DNA from: Promethearchaeota archaeon
Lineage (GTDB): Archaea; Asgardarchaeota; Lokiarchaeia; Sigyniarchaeales; SOKP01
Length of the DNA stretch: 64,000 bases
Direction: 5' to 3'
Assembly: GCA_029838195.1 (NCBI GenBank)
Contig: JALGVJ010000017.1
Span: 1-64,000, forward strand
Positions 1 through 9,981 of the stretch are shown one piece after another (position 1 is the stretch's first letter; every line of letters begins with the position of its first letter). A program made the position numbers and the translations under genes. The notes under the pieces were generated by a model. The model had not been told where the DNA came from. It saw nothing but the letters and a program-made list of their open reading frames with translations, and ran no database searches.

Positions 1-111
1 ACGTTTAAGGAATTTCAACGGGCAATTTTTAAATTTATTAGAAAATATAAATATACATCCACGGAAATTAAAACGCTGTGCAATTTTACGAAGTTATTTA
101 GTGCATCATAA

Positions 112-870
112 ATAACATTTAAATCTAAGTCTTTTATATTTGAATTTGTATTTCCAATTATAATTGTTATCTTTTTATATTTATTTATATCTTCTTTATT
201 AATTTATCATTCACAGATAGGTCCTTGGAATTTACATAATTACTTAATCATTCCACTTTTAAGCTACACCATATTTTTTGGATCAAATATGATTATAAGC
301 ATTCCTGAACAATTAAATTCGGAAAAATATCTTGAAAAACTCCATTCTATGGCGAAAGGTCCTATTAACCAACGCAATTTATTTTTAGGAATCCTTTTAT
401 CACATTTTATTTTAAGAGGTATAATATTTGGAATCGTTAATGTTTTATGTTGTATATATTACCCAATTAGCTTTTTTACAATAATAGGCTTGATTATTAT
501 TTATTTTTTAATTTTGATATTATTTTTCAGCCTTAGTCTTATTATCGATACTATTGAAAGCTCGAACATTATTGCAGGAAGAATAATAGCAATTATAACC
601 TTAATCTTCGTTTATTCAAGTCCGTTTCTTATTGTAATTTTTCCTTCACATCTTCAAGATTCAATATTTTTAAGCCCATTTAATCCCATATTTAATTTAT
701 TGTATTTTATTTGGTTAGAAAGTAATATTTTTTATTCAATTCTATCTCATATAGGCATGGTCATCATTTTTATTTTTTTATTAATTTTTTTAATCCTTAT
801 AGGGCATCTCATGCAATCTAAAATAAGAAGGACATTAGTAACTAAGAGTGATGAACCAAAATTAGGTTAA
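112..870 (+). CDS. ABC-2-type permease-like membrane protein (ORF track starts at 289; frame open from 112; an in-frame TAA at 109-111 separates it from an open frame running off the window start)
   Basis: Multiple hydrophobic helices; 'ITFKSKSFIFEFVFPII' and 'EKYLEKLHSM..P.....LFLG' resemble ABC-2 permease motifs. Confidence 0.55.
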   Translation: MTFKSKSFIFEFVFPIIIVIFLYLFISSLLIYHSQIGPWNLHNYLIIPLLSYTIFFGSNMIISIPEQLNSEKYLEKLHSMAKGPINQRNLFLGILLSHFILRGIIFGIVNVLCCIYYPISFFTIIGLIIIYFLILILFFSLSLIIDTIESSNIIAGRIIAIITLIFVYSSPFLIVIFPSHLQDSIFLSPFNPIFNLLYFIWLESNIFYSILSHIGMVIIFIFLLIFLILIGHLMQSKIRRTLVTKSDEPKLG

Positions 871-1153
871 TTTCAATAATAATTCTTGTTATTTATAATT
901 TCTTGACTTTATAAGATATCTATTATTCAAATTTTTTTCCTCTAAAACTAAAAAAAATGGCATTCTCTAAATATCTTTAAAAAAAGTTAGGGAGCACGCT
1001 AAAAAAAATGGAGAATATTTACATGAAATGGTTGAGCTTTAAAAATTAAATCTGAATTATTAAAATGAATTCTTAACAGTCGTAAAATAAGATTTCATTT
1101 CAATTTACTAGAAGACATTACGAAAAAAGAAATCCTATTGGCCTAAAAAATCG

Positions 1154-3031
1154 CTACTGTACTGTTTGGTGAAAAATCCATTCTCTGATGTCCATTGTGA
1201 AGATATTTTTTATTTTTTCCTTGAATAATTCAATTTCATGAAAGTTTTCATTAGGGACGTGGTGGGCAAGGCGTTCAAATTGGTGTAAGACTTCGTTGTA
1301 CATGCGATCATCTAATATTTGTTTAGGTGCTTGTTCTTTAAGGGAGGTTTTTACGGTTTCATGGAAGATTTTAATGAGTTTTGCTAATCCAAGTAATTTT
1401 TTAGCATCCGTGAAGCAGTCAATTTCATGGAAGGCACTTTGATTGAGGAGGGCGTTTTTAATTATTTTGCTGGTAAAAAGATTTAATTTTATTTCGTCGG
1501 AGAGGTCTTGGACGCCTAGAATTTGGCGGACATCTTCGAGTTCATGTTCTTTGGACAGGAGTTCATTGAAGAAGTCCCTACATTCTTTCCAATCACAAGA
1601 GATTTCTTCCCATTTAATATCATTATTTTTCCACCAGTTGGAAACGTGGTCTACATGGCCGGAGTAAGAGGAGATCCAATTAATGGCGGGATAGATTTTC
1701 AAATAGGCGAGTTTACTATCCAATACTAAAATTTCTTGAACTACACGTTTAGTCGAGGCGGTCACGGGTTCATTTAAATCACCTCCTGGCGGGGATAGGG
1801 AGGATATTATCGTAATGGAGCCAGTTCTTTCATTCTGAAGAGGATAGGTTCCTAAACATTGAACGACCCCAGCACGCTCATAGAAGCTGGAGATTTTAGA
1901 GAAAAGATAGGCGGGATATCCTTCTTCAGCGGGCATTTCTTCGAGCCTGCTAGAGATTTCTCTCAGGGATTCGGCCCATCGGGAGGTGCTATCCGCAAAC
2001 AACGCAACGTTATATCCCATATCCCGATAATATTCTGCTATGGTGGCCCCTGAGAACAAGCTTGCTTCTCTTGCAGAAACGGGCATGTTCGAAGTATTTG
2101 CAATTACTACCACGCGTTCCGAAATGGGGCGATTGGTGGTGGGATCAAGGGTTTCCTTAAATTGTTTAATTAGATTCGCAATTTCATTACCAGGTTCTCC
2201 ACAGCACACATAGACTACCACGTCCGCATTACAATATTTCGCCATGGTCTGCAATAATACGCTTTTACCCGTTCCAAATCCTCCTGGAATGGCGCATGTT
2301 CCTCCTTTAGCGATGGGAAATAATAAATCAATATATCTCGTACCTGTTAGGAGGGGTTTATTAGGTTGTAATCTCCGCAAAAAAGGCCTGTTGAAGGTAA
2401 TTGGCCATTTTTGTAGCAGGGAAAAGGAATGCTCTTCTCCGTTTCGTTTTATCCTATAAATTTGCTCTTCAATAGTATAAAATCCCTCTTCAGCCAAGAA
2501 AGATAGGGTTCCGGACATGAAAGGAGGAATCATGACTCGATGCTTGACGAGAGGAGTTTCCTCGATTTCTCCAATAACGTCCCCTTCTTTCACTTTTTTC
2601 CCTTCAGGTATCAAGGGAGTAAAGTACCACTTTTTCTCACGGGATAAGGGGGTTATTACAATTCCGCTTTTTAATCGTCCATTGGAATGTAGCTTAAAAA
2701 GCAAATCGAGGGGACGTTGAATGCCATCAAATACATTATTTAGGAGGCCTGGACCGAGTTCCATGGAAAGTGGTTTACCTAAATTAAGGACCTTGTCATT
2801 AAGTTTTAGATTCACGGTACTTTCGAAGCTTTGGGCGATTAGGTAATCAGAATATATTTGGATGACTTCACTCATGATATTTTTATCAACAATTTTTAAT
2901 AAATCGTGTAATCGTGCTTGTTTTTCTAAACCTCTAATTTTTATTATTGAACCGTTAATTCCCGCGATTACTCCGTAATGGGGATTGGGATCTTTCATTT
3001 TCATGTATTCGATTTGGTTTTTTCTATTCAA
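1154..3031 (-). CDS. atpA: A/V-type ATP synthase subunit A, divergent stand-alone paralog
   Basis: Motifs DGIQRPL, Walker A PGGFGTGKS, ANTSNMPVSAREAS, DSTSRWAESLREIS, EEGYPAYL, SPPGGD; canonical GCGERGNE reads CCGEPGNE. Confidence 0.93.
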   Translation of the reverse strand: MNRKNQIEYMKMKDPNPHYGVIAGINGSIIKIRGLEKQARLHDLLKIVDKNIMSEVIQIYSDYLIAQSFESTVNLKLNDKVLNLGKPLSMELGPGLLNNVFDGIQRPLDLLFKLHSNGRLKSGIVITPLSREKKWYFTPLIPEGKKVKEGDVIGEIEETPLVKHRVMIPPFMSGTLSFLAEEGFYTIEEQIYRIKRNGEEHSFSLLQKWPITFNRPFLRRLQPNKPLLTGTRYIDLLFPIAKGGTCAIPGGFGTGKSVLLQTMAKYCNADVVVYVCCGEPGNEIANLIKQFKETLDPTTNRPISERVVVIANTSNMPVSAREASLFSGATIAEYYRDMGYNVALFADSTSRWAESLREISSRLEEMPAEEGYPAYLFSKISSFYERAGVVQCLGTYPLQNERTGSITIISSLSPPGGDLNEPVTASTKRVVQEILVLDSKLAYLKIYPAINWISSYSGHVDHVSNWWKNNDIKWEEISCDWKECRDFFNELLSKEHELEDVRQILGVQDLSDEIKLNLFTSKIIKNALLNQSAFHEIDCFTDAKKLLGLAKLIKIFHETVKTSLKEQAPKQILDDRMYNEVLHQFERLAHHVPNENFHEIELFKEKIKNIFTMDIREWIFHQTVQ

Positions 3032-3166
3032 ATTGTAGATATTTTCTAAATTATAAAATTTTTATGAATTTGGAATTGAAAACTTTTAATGAGAAATATA
3101 AGTGCTTGAACGGTGCAAAACAATTATTTAGAGATCCCTTGATAAGAATGAATTTAGGAAGGTTTA

Positions 3167-3952
3167 TTATTTAAATTTTTGGATAAATTCGTGTAATGGT
3201 TGAAAGTATTCTTTTTCATGAGAGAAAATATCATTATGTCCAGCACCTTCGATTAAAATTAGTTTTTTTTCGATGGTATTGGGAAGCGAAGTAAAAATTA
3301 GTTCTGCTTCACTTTTAGGAATGATCCAATCTAGCGTGCCGTGGATTATCAATACGGGCATTTGTATTCTTCTCATTCTTGTATCATTAGAATATGGTTC
3401 CAAAGATTCGGGAGTGATTCGAGGATCGTTGATCCGAAAAAGTCTCGTCATCATATTATATGCACTTGCGAAGCTACTTTCGAAAATAATTCCTTTTAGG
3501 TCACTGGGATTTTGAGCTCCAATTTCCGCGGCACATGTACTCCCTAAAGACCGCCCTTCAACGAATAGAGAACCATTAAATTCATTTTTTCGCATCCATT
3601 CTATAAATTTTTGATACACGGGAAACGCATCAGCATATAAACTGCTATATGAAGGCTCTCTCGTACTATGTCCGTAGCCTCGAAAATCTATCACGGCTAA
3701 ATTTACGTCTATTTTAAAAAAAAGGTGATAAAAATATTGATAATCCAGCGCAATTTCTCCATTTCCGTGAAAAAATAAGATATTAGGGAGTTGCTTATCT
3801 TTCTTGTAAATATACCCGCCTATTCTTACATTATCATGGATTTTAAAGGTTAAAGGTTCCACGTGCGATTTTAAATTATTGGGTATGGGGGCTTTCCTTG
3901 GGAAAAAAACCACATTAGAAATGCGGGGATCATCAATGAACGGTTTTTCCAT
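3167..3952 (-). CDS. Alpha/beta hydrolase (ABHD13/17/BEM46-like)
   Basis: FFHGNGE, DFRGYGHS, nucleophile elbow GRSLG, IHGTLD, GAGHND triad motifs. Confidence 0.9.
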   Translation of the reverse strand: MEKPFIDDPRISNVVFFPRKAPIPNNLKSHVEPLTFKIHDNVRIGGYIYKKDKQLPNILFFHGNGEIALDYQYFYHLFFKIDVNLAVIDFRGYGHSTREPSYSSLYADAFPVYQKFIEWMRKNEFNGSLFVEGRSLGSTCAAEIGAQNPSDLKGIIFESSFASAYNMMTRLFRINDPRITPESLEPYSNDTRMRRIQMPVLIIHGTLDWIIPKSEAELIFTSLPNTIEKKLILIEGAGHNDIFSHEKEYFQPLHEFIQKFK

Positions 3953-4026
3953 GATATTAATTCAAAAAATGATTGTTAATAAAAATATTGTTGGTAAAAA
4001 GGAATATCGCATGCGATGATTAAATA

Positions 4027-4773
4027 TTATTTGGCTTTTCCTTGAGCGATTACGGCTTCCGTGGCTTTTTTAATTTTTTCAGGATCGCCGAGATAATAAT
4101 GTTTTATCGGCTTCAAATTCTCATCGAGCTCATAAATCAAGGGAATCCCCGTGGGAATGTTAAGTTCTACAATCTCATCCTCCGGTATTTCATCTAAAAT
4201 CTTGACTAAAGCTCGCAAACTATTTCCATGAGCCGAAATCAACACTCGCTTACCTTTCTTGATGCATGGAGCAATGGCATCTTCCCAATACGGTAAGAAT
4301 CTTTTAACCGTATCTTTAAGGCTTTCTGTCAGGGGAATTTCATCGGGTTTTAAATTTTTATATCGTCGATCATGGCCGGGATATCGTGGGTCTGTAGTTT
4401 TTAAAGATGGAGGGGGAACATCATAACTTCTACGCCAGATTAAAACTTGCTCCTCGCCTACTTCTTTGGCAAGCTTCGATTTATACAGTCCTTGCAGGGC
4501 GCCGTAATGTCTTTCGTTTAATCGCCATGAGCGGTATACGGGAATCCACATGAGATCCATTTCTTCTAACACGATCCATAACGTTTTTATTCCCCGTTTT
4601 AAAAAAGAAGTAAATGCAACGTCAAACGTGAACTGTTCTTTTTTTAACCATCGTGCGGCTTCCTTAGCTTCTTCACGACCTTTTTCTGTTAAGCCCACAT
4701 CAGTCCAGCCCGTAAACCGATTTTCCTTATTCCAAACACTTTCTCCATGTCTTAATAAAACCAAAACATGCAT
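4027..4773 (-). CDS. gpmA: 2,3-bisphosphoglycerate-dependent phosphoglycerate mutase
   Basis: [48 protein letters not shown]. Confidence 0.97.
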   Translation of the reverse strand: MHVLVLLRHGESVWNKENRFTGWTDVGLTEKGREEAKEAARWLKKEQFTFDVAFTSFLKRGIKTLWIVLEEMDLMWIPVYRSWRLNERHYGALQGLYKSKLAKEVGEEQVLIWRRSYDVPPPSLKTTDPRYPGHDRRYKNLKPDEIPLTESLKDTVKRFLPYWEDAIAPCIKKGKRVLISAHGNSLRALVKILDEIPEDEIVELNIPTGIPLIYELDENLKPIKHYYLGDPEKIKKATEAVIAQGKAK

Positions 4774-5020
4774 ATTATCACTTTTTTTATAGGAATGGCA
4801 TTAGTCCTTTTTTATTGAAGGTACCTACCATTAATGAATTCTTCTGAGATAGAAGTATTCTTGCTTCCAAAAAAATTTATGTTAAATTCATTGGCAAGTG
4901 GAAATTTCAAAATTTTTTTCCACTTCATCCTGCTAATGCTCTTGATTTTGGTAAAAGATTTTTAAAAATGTCAAGTATTAATAAATCTTAGGTTGAATTA
5001 TAAATCCACGTGAATAAAAA

Positions 5021-5698
5021 ATGATTAAAGAAGGGATTTTAAAAGGGAGTGACAGAAAAGAAGAAAATTGGGTAAAAGTTAAACCCGCCTTAAGAGAACC
5101 TTTTCAGAAGGCTCTCGATCGGTTCAAAACAGACGTCTTGGAACGAGAAGATTTTGACCCCACTTCTTTATTACAATTCGGGTTGTTCATGTCTTTAGGC
5201 ATTATTAACGTGTTAAAACTGGCGGAAAAAGAATTGGGCACTAAAGGGCAAGAAATCGTCTCTAAAGCATTAATTGAGGCAGGGTATGAAGTAGGGAGGC
5301 AAATGATCGACCTAGATGAAATTCCAAAAGACATCTCCGATATAGAATTAATGAGTTTTCTGGCTACCATAATAAATACTCAAGCTTGGACGTCTATAGA
5401 AGCTCCAGTGATTGAGAATGAAGACCAATGTTCGTTCGATATTTTATGGTGTCCCCTACAAGACATTTATTCTGCTTTTGATTGTAGAGTTCAAAGATAT
5501 TTCGTCCAAGGAATCGTGAATTATTTTAGAGATCACGTATTTAAATCGGATTTTCAAATTGAATTTAAATCTACGATTCCCGCTGGGGCGAAAACGTGTA
5601 AATTCATTATTTCTCGAAAAAAACCCGAAGAAGCCGATAAATGGGAAAGTTACTCGAAAACCTTGGAACGCAAGGCTCTTGAACGAGCCAAGAAATAA
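5021..5698 (+). CDS. V4R / L-2-amino-thiazoline-4-carboxylate hydrolase-like ligand-binding protein
   Basis: Cys pattern ILWCP...FDC...IPAGAKTCKF typical of V4R-type domains. Confidence 0.6.
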   Translation: MIKEGILKGSDRKEENWVKVKPALREPFQKALDRFKTDVLEREDFDPTSLLQFGLFMSLGIINVLKLAEKELGTKGQEIVSKALIEAGYEVGRQMIDLDEIPKDISDIELMSFLATIINTQAWTSIEAPVIENEDQCSFDILWCPLQDIYSAFDCRVQRYFVQGIVNYFRDHVFKSDFQIEFKSTIPAGAKTCKFIISRKKPEEADKWESYSKTLERKALERAKK

Positions 5699-5831
5699 TT
5701 TCCTTTAAAAACGATCTTTTTTCACTTTTAGATAATCCCTGAATATTTTTTTCAATATTAACGGAAATATATCAAAAAAATTTAAGATATAACAAATCAT
5801 TAATTAGAATAAACAACTATTTCGATTAAAA

Positions 5832-7862
5832 ATGAATGATACATATTCAGGAGAAGAACTCCGTAATCTTCCCTTTCATGACATGAATCTCCCTTTAGAA
5901 GAAAGAGTGGAAGATCTTCTTAAAAGACTCACATTAGAAGAAAAATTTAAATTATGTGCGGGAAAACAGTTATGGTTTACAAAACCCATCAAACGATTAG
6001 GAATTCCTTCCTTCAAGATGACTGATGGGCCTCACGGCATTGCTCCTCATAGTTCAAACAATAAGGAATGCACGTATTTTCCTACTGCTATTTGTCGTGC
6101 ATCTACTTGGAATCCTTCGCTTTTAGAACACTTTGGCGTGGCTTTAGCTGAAGAGGTGAGGGAAATTGGATATCACATGATTTTGGGGCCGGGAATAAAC
6201 ATTCAACGCACGCCCATGTGCGGAAGAACCTTTGAATATCAAACGGAAGATCCGTATCTAAATTCCAAGCTTGCTGTTGCTACTGTCAAGGGAATCCAAA
6301 GCCAGAGAATAGCGGCCTGTGTAAAACATTATGCTTGTAATAATCAAGAAACAAATCGCTTTACCTATAGTGCCGAAGTGTCTGAACGGGCCTTACAAGA
6401 GATTTATTTACCCGCTTTTAGAGCAACTGTAATAGAAGCGGATGCTTGGTCGTTCATGAGCTGTTATAATAAAGTTAATGGCGTTTATGGGTCTGAAAGT
6501 GAAGATCTCATCAAAAAGCGATTAATGGGAGAATGGGGCTTTCGAGGGTTTGTTGTTTCAGATTGGGGCGCTAGTTCTAATTGTACGAGCACAGAAAGCT
6601 GCATTAAAGCAGGATTGAGTTTGGAAATGCCACGACCAATTTTATATAAAGATAAAAAACTTAAAAAAGCATTTAACGAAGGAAAATTCTCAATTGAAGC
6701 GCTAGATGATAACATTCGTAGGCTTTTGCGGGTAATGTTTTTAACGGGAATGTTTGATGATCCTGCCACTCTTCCAAGCGGTAAGAGAAATACGCCAGAA
6801 CATCAAGAATTAGCACGACGAATTGCTGAGGAAGGATTAGTTCTTTTAAAGAACCAAGGAGGATTATTGCCACTTGATCTAAATGCGATAAATAAAATTG
6901 CTATTTTGGGTCCTAATGCTGACAAGAAAATGGCGGAAGGAGGTGGTAGCTCACAAGTAAAACCACCTCATGAAATCACTCCTTTGGAAGCTCTTAAACA
7001 AAAATGTGGCTCTAAAATAGTAGTTAATTCCGATCCTTCTGACGCAGATGTTGCTCTTATTTTTGCTGGCTTAAATCATGAAAGAGAAATGGATGCAGAA
7101 GGAATTGATAAGAAATCTTTTCATTTGCCCCAAGATCAAGTCGAGTTAATAAAAGAAACAGCGAAAAAAAACCCTAAAACCATTGTAGTTCTAATTATTG
7201 GAAGTCCCGTGAGCATGATTGAGTGGATAGATGACGTCCCAGTAGTACTTATTCCATGGTATGCGGGCATGGAAGCCGGCTATGCGATAACAAACATTTT
7301 ATTCGGTGAGGTAAATCCTTCCGGAAAGCTCCCAATTACTTTTCCAAAAAATCTTTCTGATTCTCCCGCACATCAATCCCATGAAACATATCCGGGCAAC
7401 GAAAAAGTGTTATATAAAGAGGGAGTTTTTGTAGGCTATCGCCATTTCGATACAAGAGGGATAGAGCCTCTTTTTCCTTTCGGATATGGATTATCCTACA
7501 CGAATTTCACGTGTGAAAACATATCGCTCAGTAGCAATTCATTGAAAAAAGGAGAAACTCTTACTATAGCCGTTGATGTAATCAATACGGGAGATCGAGA
7601 GGGAGCTGAAGTGGTTCAATTATATTTACAAGACGCCGAATCTAGCGTGGAAAGACCACTAAAAGAGCTAAAAGGATTTAGTAAAGTCTTTTTAAACCCT
7701 AAAGAAAAGAAGACTGTTCAATTCACTCTTACAGAACAAGATTTAAGTTTCTTCGACGAGAAAAGCATGATCTGGAAATCAGAACCCGGAACATTTAAAG
7801 TTCTTATCGGAAATTCTTCTAAAAATATATTACAACAAGCAGAATTTGAATATATTGAGTGA
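5832..7862 (+). CDS. Glycoside hydrolase family 3 beta-glucosidase/xylosidase with Fn3-like C-terminus
   Basis: TDGPHG, GRTFEY..EDP, KHYACN, nucleophile VVSDWG, NPSGKLPITFP, PFGYGLSY, EVVQLY, KELKGF. Confidence 0.96.
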   Translation: MNDTYSGEELRNLPFHDMNLPLEERVEDLLKRLTLEEKFKLCAGKQLWFTKPIKRLGIPSFKMTDGPHGIAPHSSNNKECTYFPTAICRASTWNPSLLEHFGVALAEEVREIGYHMILGPGINIQRTPMCGRTFEYQTEDPYLNSKLAVATVKGIQSQRIAACVKHYACNNQETNRFTYSAEVSERALQEIYLPAFRATVIEADAWSFMSCYNKVNGVYGSESEDLIKKRLMGEWGFRGFVVSDWGASSNCTSTESCIKAGLSLEMPRPILYKDKKLKKAFNEGKFSIEALDDNIRRLLRVMFLTGMFDDPATLPSGKRNTPEHQELARRIAEEGLVLLKNQGGLLPLDLNAINKIAILGPNADKKMAEGGGSSQVKPPHEITPLEALKQKCGSKIVVNSDPSDADVALIFAGLNHEREMDAEGIDKKSFHLPQDQVELIKETAKKNPKTIVVLIIGSPVSMIEWIDDVPVVLIPWYAGMEAGYAITNILFGEVNPSGKLPITFPKNLSDSPAHQSHETYPGNEKVLYKEGVFVGYRHFDTRGIEPLFPFGYGLSYTNFTCENISLSSNSLKKGETLTIAVDVINTGDREGAEVVQLYLQDAESSVERPLKELKGFSKVFLNPKEKKTVQFTLTEQDLSFFDEKSMIWKSEPGTFKVLIGNSSKNILQQAEFEYIE

Positions 7863-8036
7863 ACGGATTCTAATGCTCCACTCTTTAATTTTTTTTAAAA
7901 AGATGTTTTACTTTTTATTTTTTTTCGATTAATATATGATATAATGGAGGATTTACCTTTTATTAATTGGAAGGAATTCTCCTTTACTGGTAAAAAGTTG
8001 AAGTTGTTAAATTTTCCATTGTCCATCTTGAAAAAT
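7532..8036. repeat. Left copy of ~0.5-kb imperfect direct repeat (GH3 3' end, intergenic region, remnant of aminopeptidase 3' end)
   Basis: Begins TAGCAATTCATTGAAAAAAGGAGAAA and ends GTTGTTAAATTTTCCATTGTCCATCTTGAAAAAT; matches 10304-10814. Confidence 0.95.
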
Positions 8037-8039
8037 GAG

Positions 8040-9119
8040 TCATAAATCAATTCTATTTTCAAATTTTAACAACAAGTTATCAGTCTTAAATTCTAAAATC
8101 ATTTTAGCAAGAAAGTCTCGATGGCAAAAATGTTTTTGTAATTTGTTTGGCCTCGGAAATTGTTCCATACACATGAAGCAGCATCTTCCATTCTCTTTAA
8201 GGAAGCTTATAAATTCTTCGAGTTTAAAAGAATTTTTTTCTAAATGCCAATCATACCATTTCTTAAAACATTCGTGAGAAAGATAACCCTCGATATATGG
8301 AGCTCTTATTATATATTCAACTCCCAATTCGGGCTTATGAATATAATTTATCTTTAACTTTTGAAATTCACGTTTGAGGATTTCAGAATTAAATTCTGGT
8401 TTGTTACTACTCTGTCCTGATTGACGAATGTCAATGAGCGTATTTATTTTATTTTCTTGAAGTATTTTGATTAATTCATCTAAGTTTTTTCCTTGATAAC
8501 CAATAGTAAATATGGTTTTATTTTCGAATTTCTTGAGTGCTTCTCTCGAGTCATTGATACTGAGATTTTTTTCTAGGATATAGGCAAGAAAATTATCTTG
8601 GTCTTTCTTTGAGAGTTTTGATAACAAGACAGCATGGGTTGTTGTAATTTTTTCCTCCTTGAGCGCGTCTTGTACTTTTTTTGAAACATCTAGGATTAAG
8701 GCTAATCGATTACTGACCCAAGCTTGACTTTTACCGAGCATTTTTGCGACCTCGCTCTGAGTATATCCAAAATCATCAATAATTCTTTTAATAGCTTTTC
8801 CTTCTTCAATATCCGTAAGATTTTTTTGAAGGAAATTGGTTTTAATTGATAATATTGCTGCCATAGAATCTTCCACATCTAAAATTTTAGCTTCAATCTC
8901 ATCCCAGCCTAATTTTTCTACTGCTCTTAACCTATGTCCACCAGAAATTAACTCATAATCTCCATTTTTTAAGTTCCTTACTAAAATTGGATTCCATAAT
9001 CCATCTTTTTTTATACTTTCTGCTAATTCGTTTAAATATTCCTCATCAACGACATCTCGTGGATCGTATTTTGAAAACTTAATCTTATTTAGCTTGATTT
9101 TCATTTTTCTCTTTTTCAA
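8040..9119 (-). CDS. ParB/Srx-HTH protein fused to a C-terminal DUF488 domain
   Basis: ParB: LAESIKKDGLWNPILVR, LISGGHRLRA; HTH TQSEVAKMLGKSQAWVSNRL; DUF488: IFTIGYQG, LIDIR, YIHKPELG, FMCME...CHR. Confidence 0.88.
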   Translation of the reverse strand: MKKRKMKIKLNKIKFSKYDPRDVVDEEYLNELAESIKKDGLWNPILVRNLKNGDYELISGGHRLRAVEKLGWDEIEAKILDVEDSMAAILSIKTNFLQKNLTDIEEGKAIKRIIDDFGYTQSEVAKMLGKSQAWVSNRLALILDVSKKVQDALKEEKITTTHAVLLSKLSKKDQDNFLAYILEKNLSINDSREALKKFENKTIFTIGYQGKNLDELIKILQENKINTLIDIRQSGQSSNKPEFNSEILKREFQKLKINYIHKPELGVEYIIRAPYIEGYLSHECFKKWYDWHLEKNSFKLEEFISFLKENGRCCFMCMEQFPRPNKLQKHFCHRDFLAKMILEFKTDNLLLKFENRIDL

Positions 9120-9165
9120 ACCTCATTATTTTATATAATTAATAATTTTATTTCTCATTTACGGT

Positions 9166-9981
9166 TTATTTTAAGAAAGCATTTAAACTCAGATCCTTTC
9201 GTTTAGGAGGATAAAATAGCCCAATTATGAACCAAGTATTAAATCTATTATGAGTTCCTAAAATGAAATATAAATCTCTATTTTTCATCCAATCTTCATA
9301 TCTTTCTTTTAATTTTTCTTCTAAATGAACTGGATTAATATATTGATTTCTCCATTTTCTAAATGATTCAAGGAGTTCCCAATCTGTACATATCATATTA
9401 TGACCAGAACAATTTTCTCCATAACAATTAAAGCTATAATAAAATATATTTTCTATTTTATCAACTTTTTTTAATTTTTCACCAAAAAGATTTATTTGAA
9501 TGCTTTCAGCAATGTCAATATCAATCTTTTCAATAGGTTTTTTAAGTCTAAATTTCACAGAATCTATTTTGGGTTTAATTAGACCCAATGAAGTCCGATC
9601 TTCATTAGCTTTCTTCTTTAATATTTCAACCGAATCAGAAAGAGTTTTGATTAAAATATTTCTTCTTTTATCCCATACACCTTTTTTTTTAGGATCTACT
9701 AAATCTTTATTAGTGATTTCAATGGTAGAATCTCTTATCTTGAACGACTCTTTTCTTCTTAGCATTTCTTTTGTATTCTTCTTTATTTGGGCTTTGAAAA
9801 ATACAAATTTTTTTAAGGGTTTCGCATTATATGAATTGAAATTTATAGGATAAATCCTTACCCAGGTATTTGAATCCTTCAAAATACCAGCAGTGCAAAC
9901 TGTATTTCCATACTTTTTACTCCTTTCGGGATATGTTTTAACTACCAATAAAATTTCCTTTTCTTCCCAACTCAAATCCAA
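9166..9981 (-). CDS. Conserved hypothetical protein, dual-OB-fold-like DUF488 partner
   Basis: VKTYP.RSKKY..TVCTAG, WVRIYP, SLGLIKP, C...C.GH...CTDWE, DLYFILGT, WFIIGLFYPP; co-oriented upstream of the DUF488 fusion. Confidence 0.6.
   Translation of the reverse strand: MDLSWEEKEILLVVKTYPERSKKYGNTVCTAGILKDSNTWVRIYPINFNSYNAKPLKKFVFFKAQIKKNTKEMLRRKESFKIRDSTIEITNKDLVDPKKKGVWDKRRNILIKTLSDSVEILKKKANEDRTSLGLIKPKIDSVKFRLKKPIEKIDIDIAESIQINLFGEKLKKVDKIENIFYYSFNCYGENCSGHNMICTDWELLESFRKWRNQYINPVHLEEKLKERYEDWMKNRDLYFILGTHNRFNTWFIIGLFYPPKRKDLSLNAFLK

Noticed and set aside
4006-4017. Palindrome ATCGCATGCGAT between gpmA and the hydrolase gene
   Set aside because: Single occurrence; no supporting second site
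8040-9119. Chromosome/plasmid partition locus (parABS) or replication origin
   Set aside because: No parA, no recognisable parS or ORB repeats and no cdc6/orc1; the ParB is fused to DUF488
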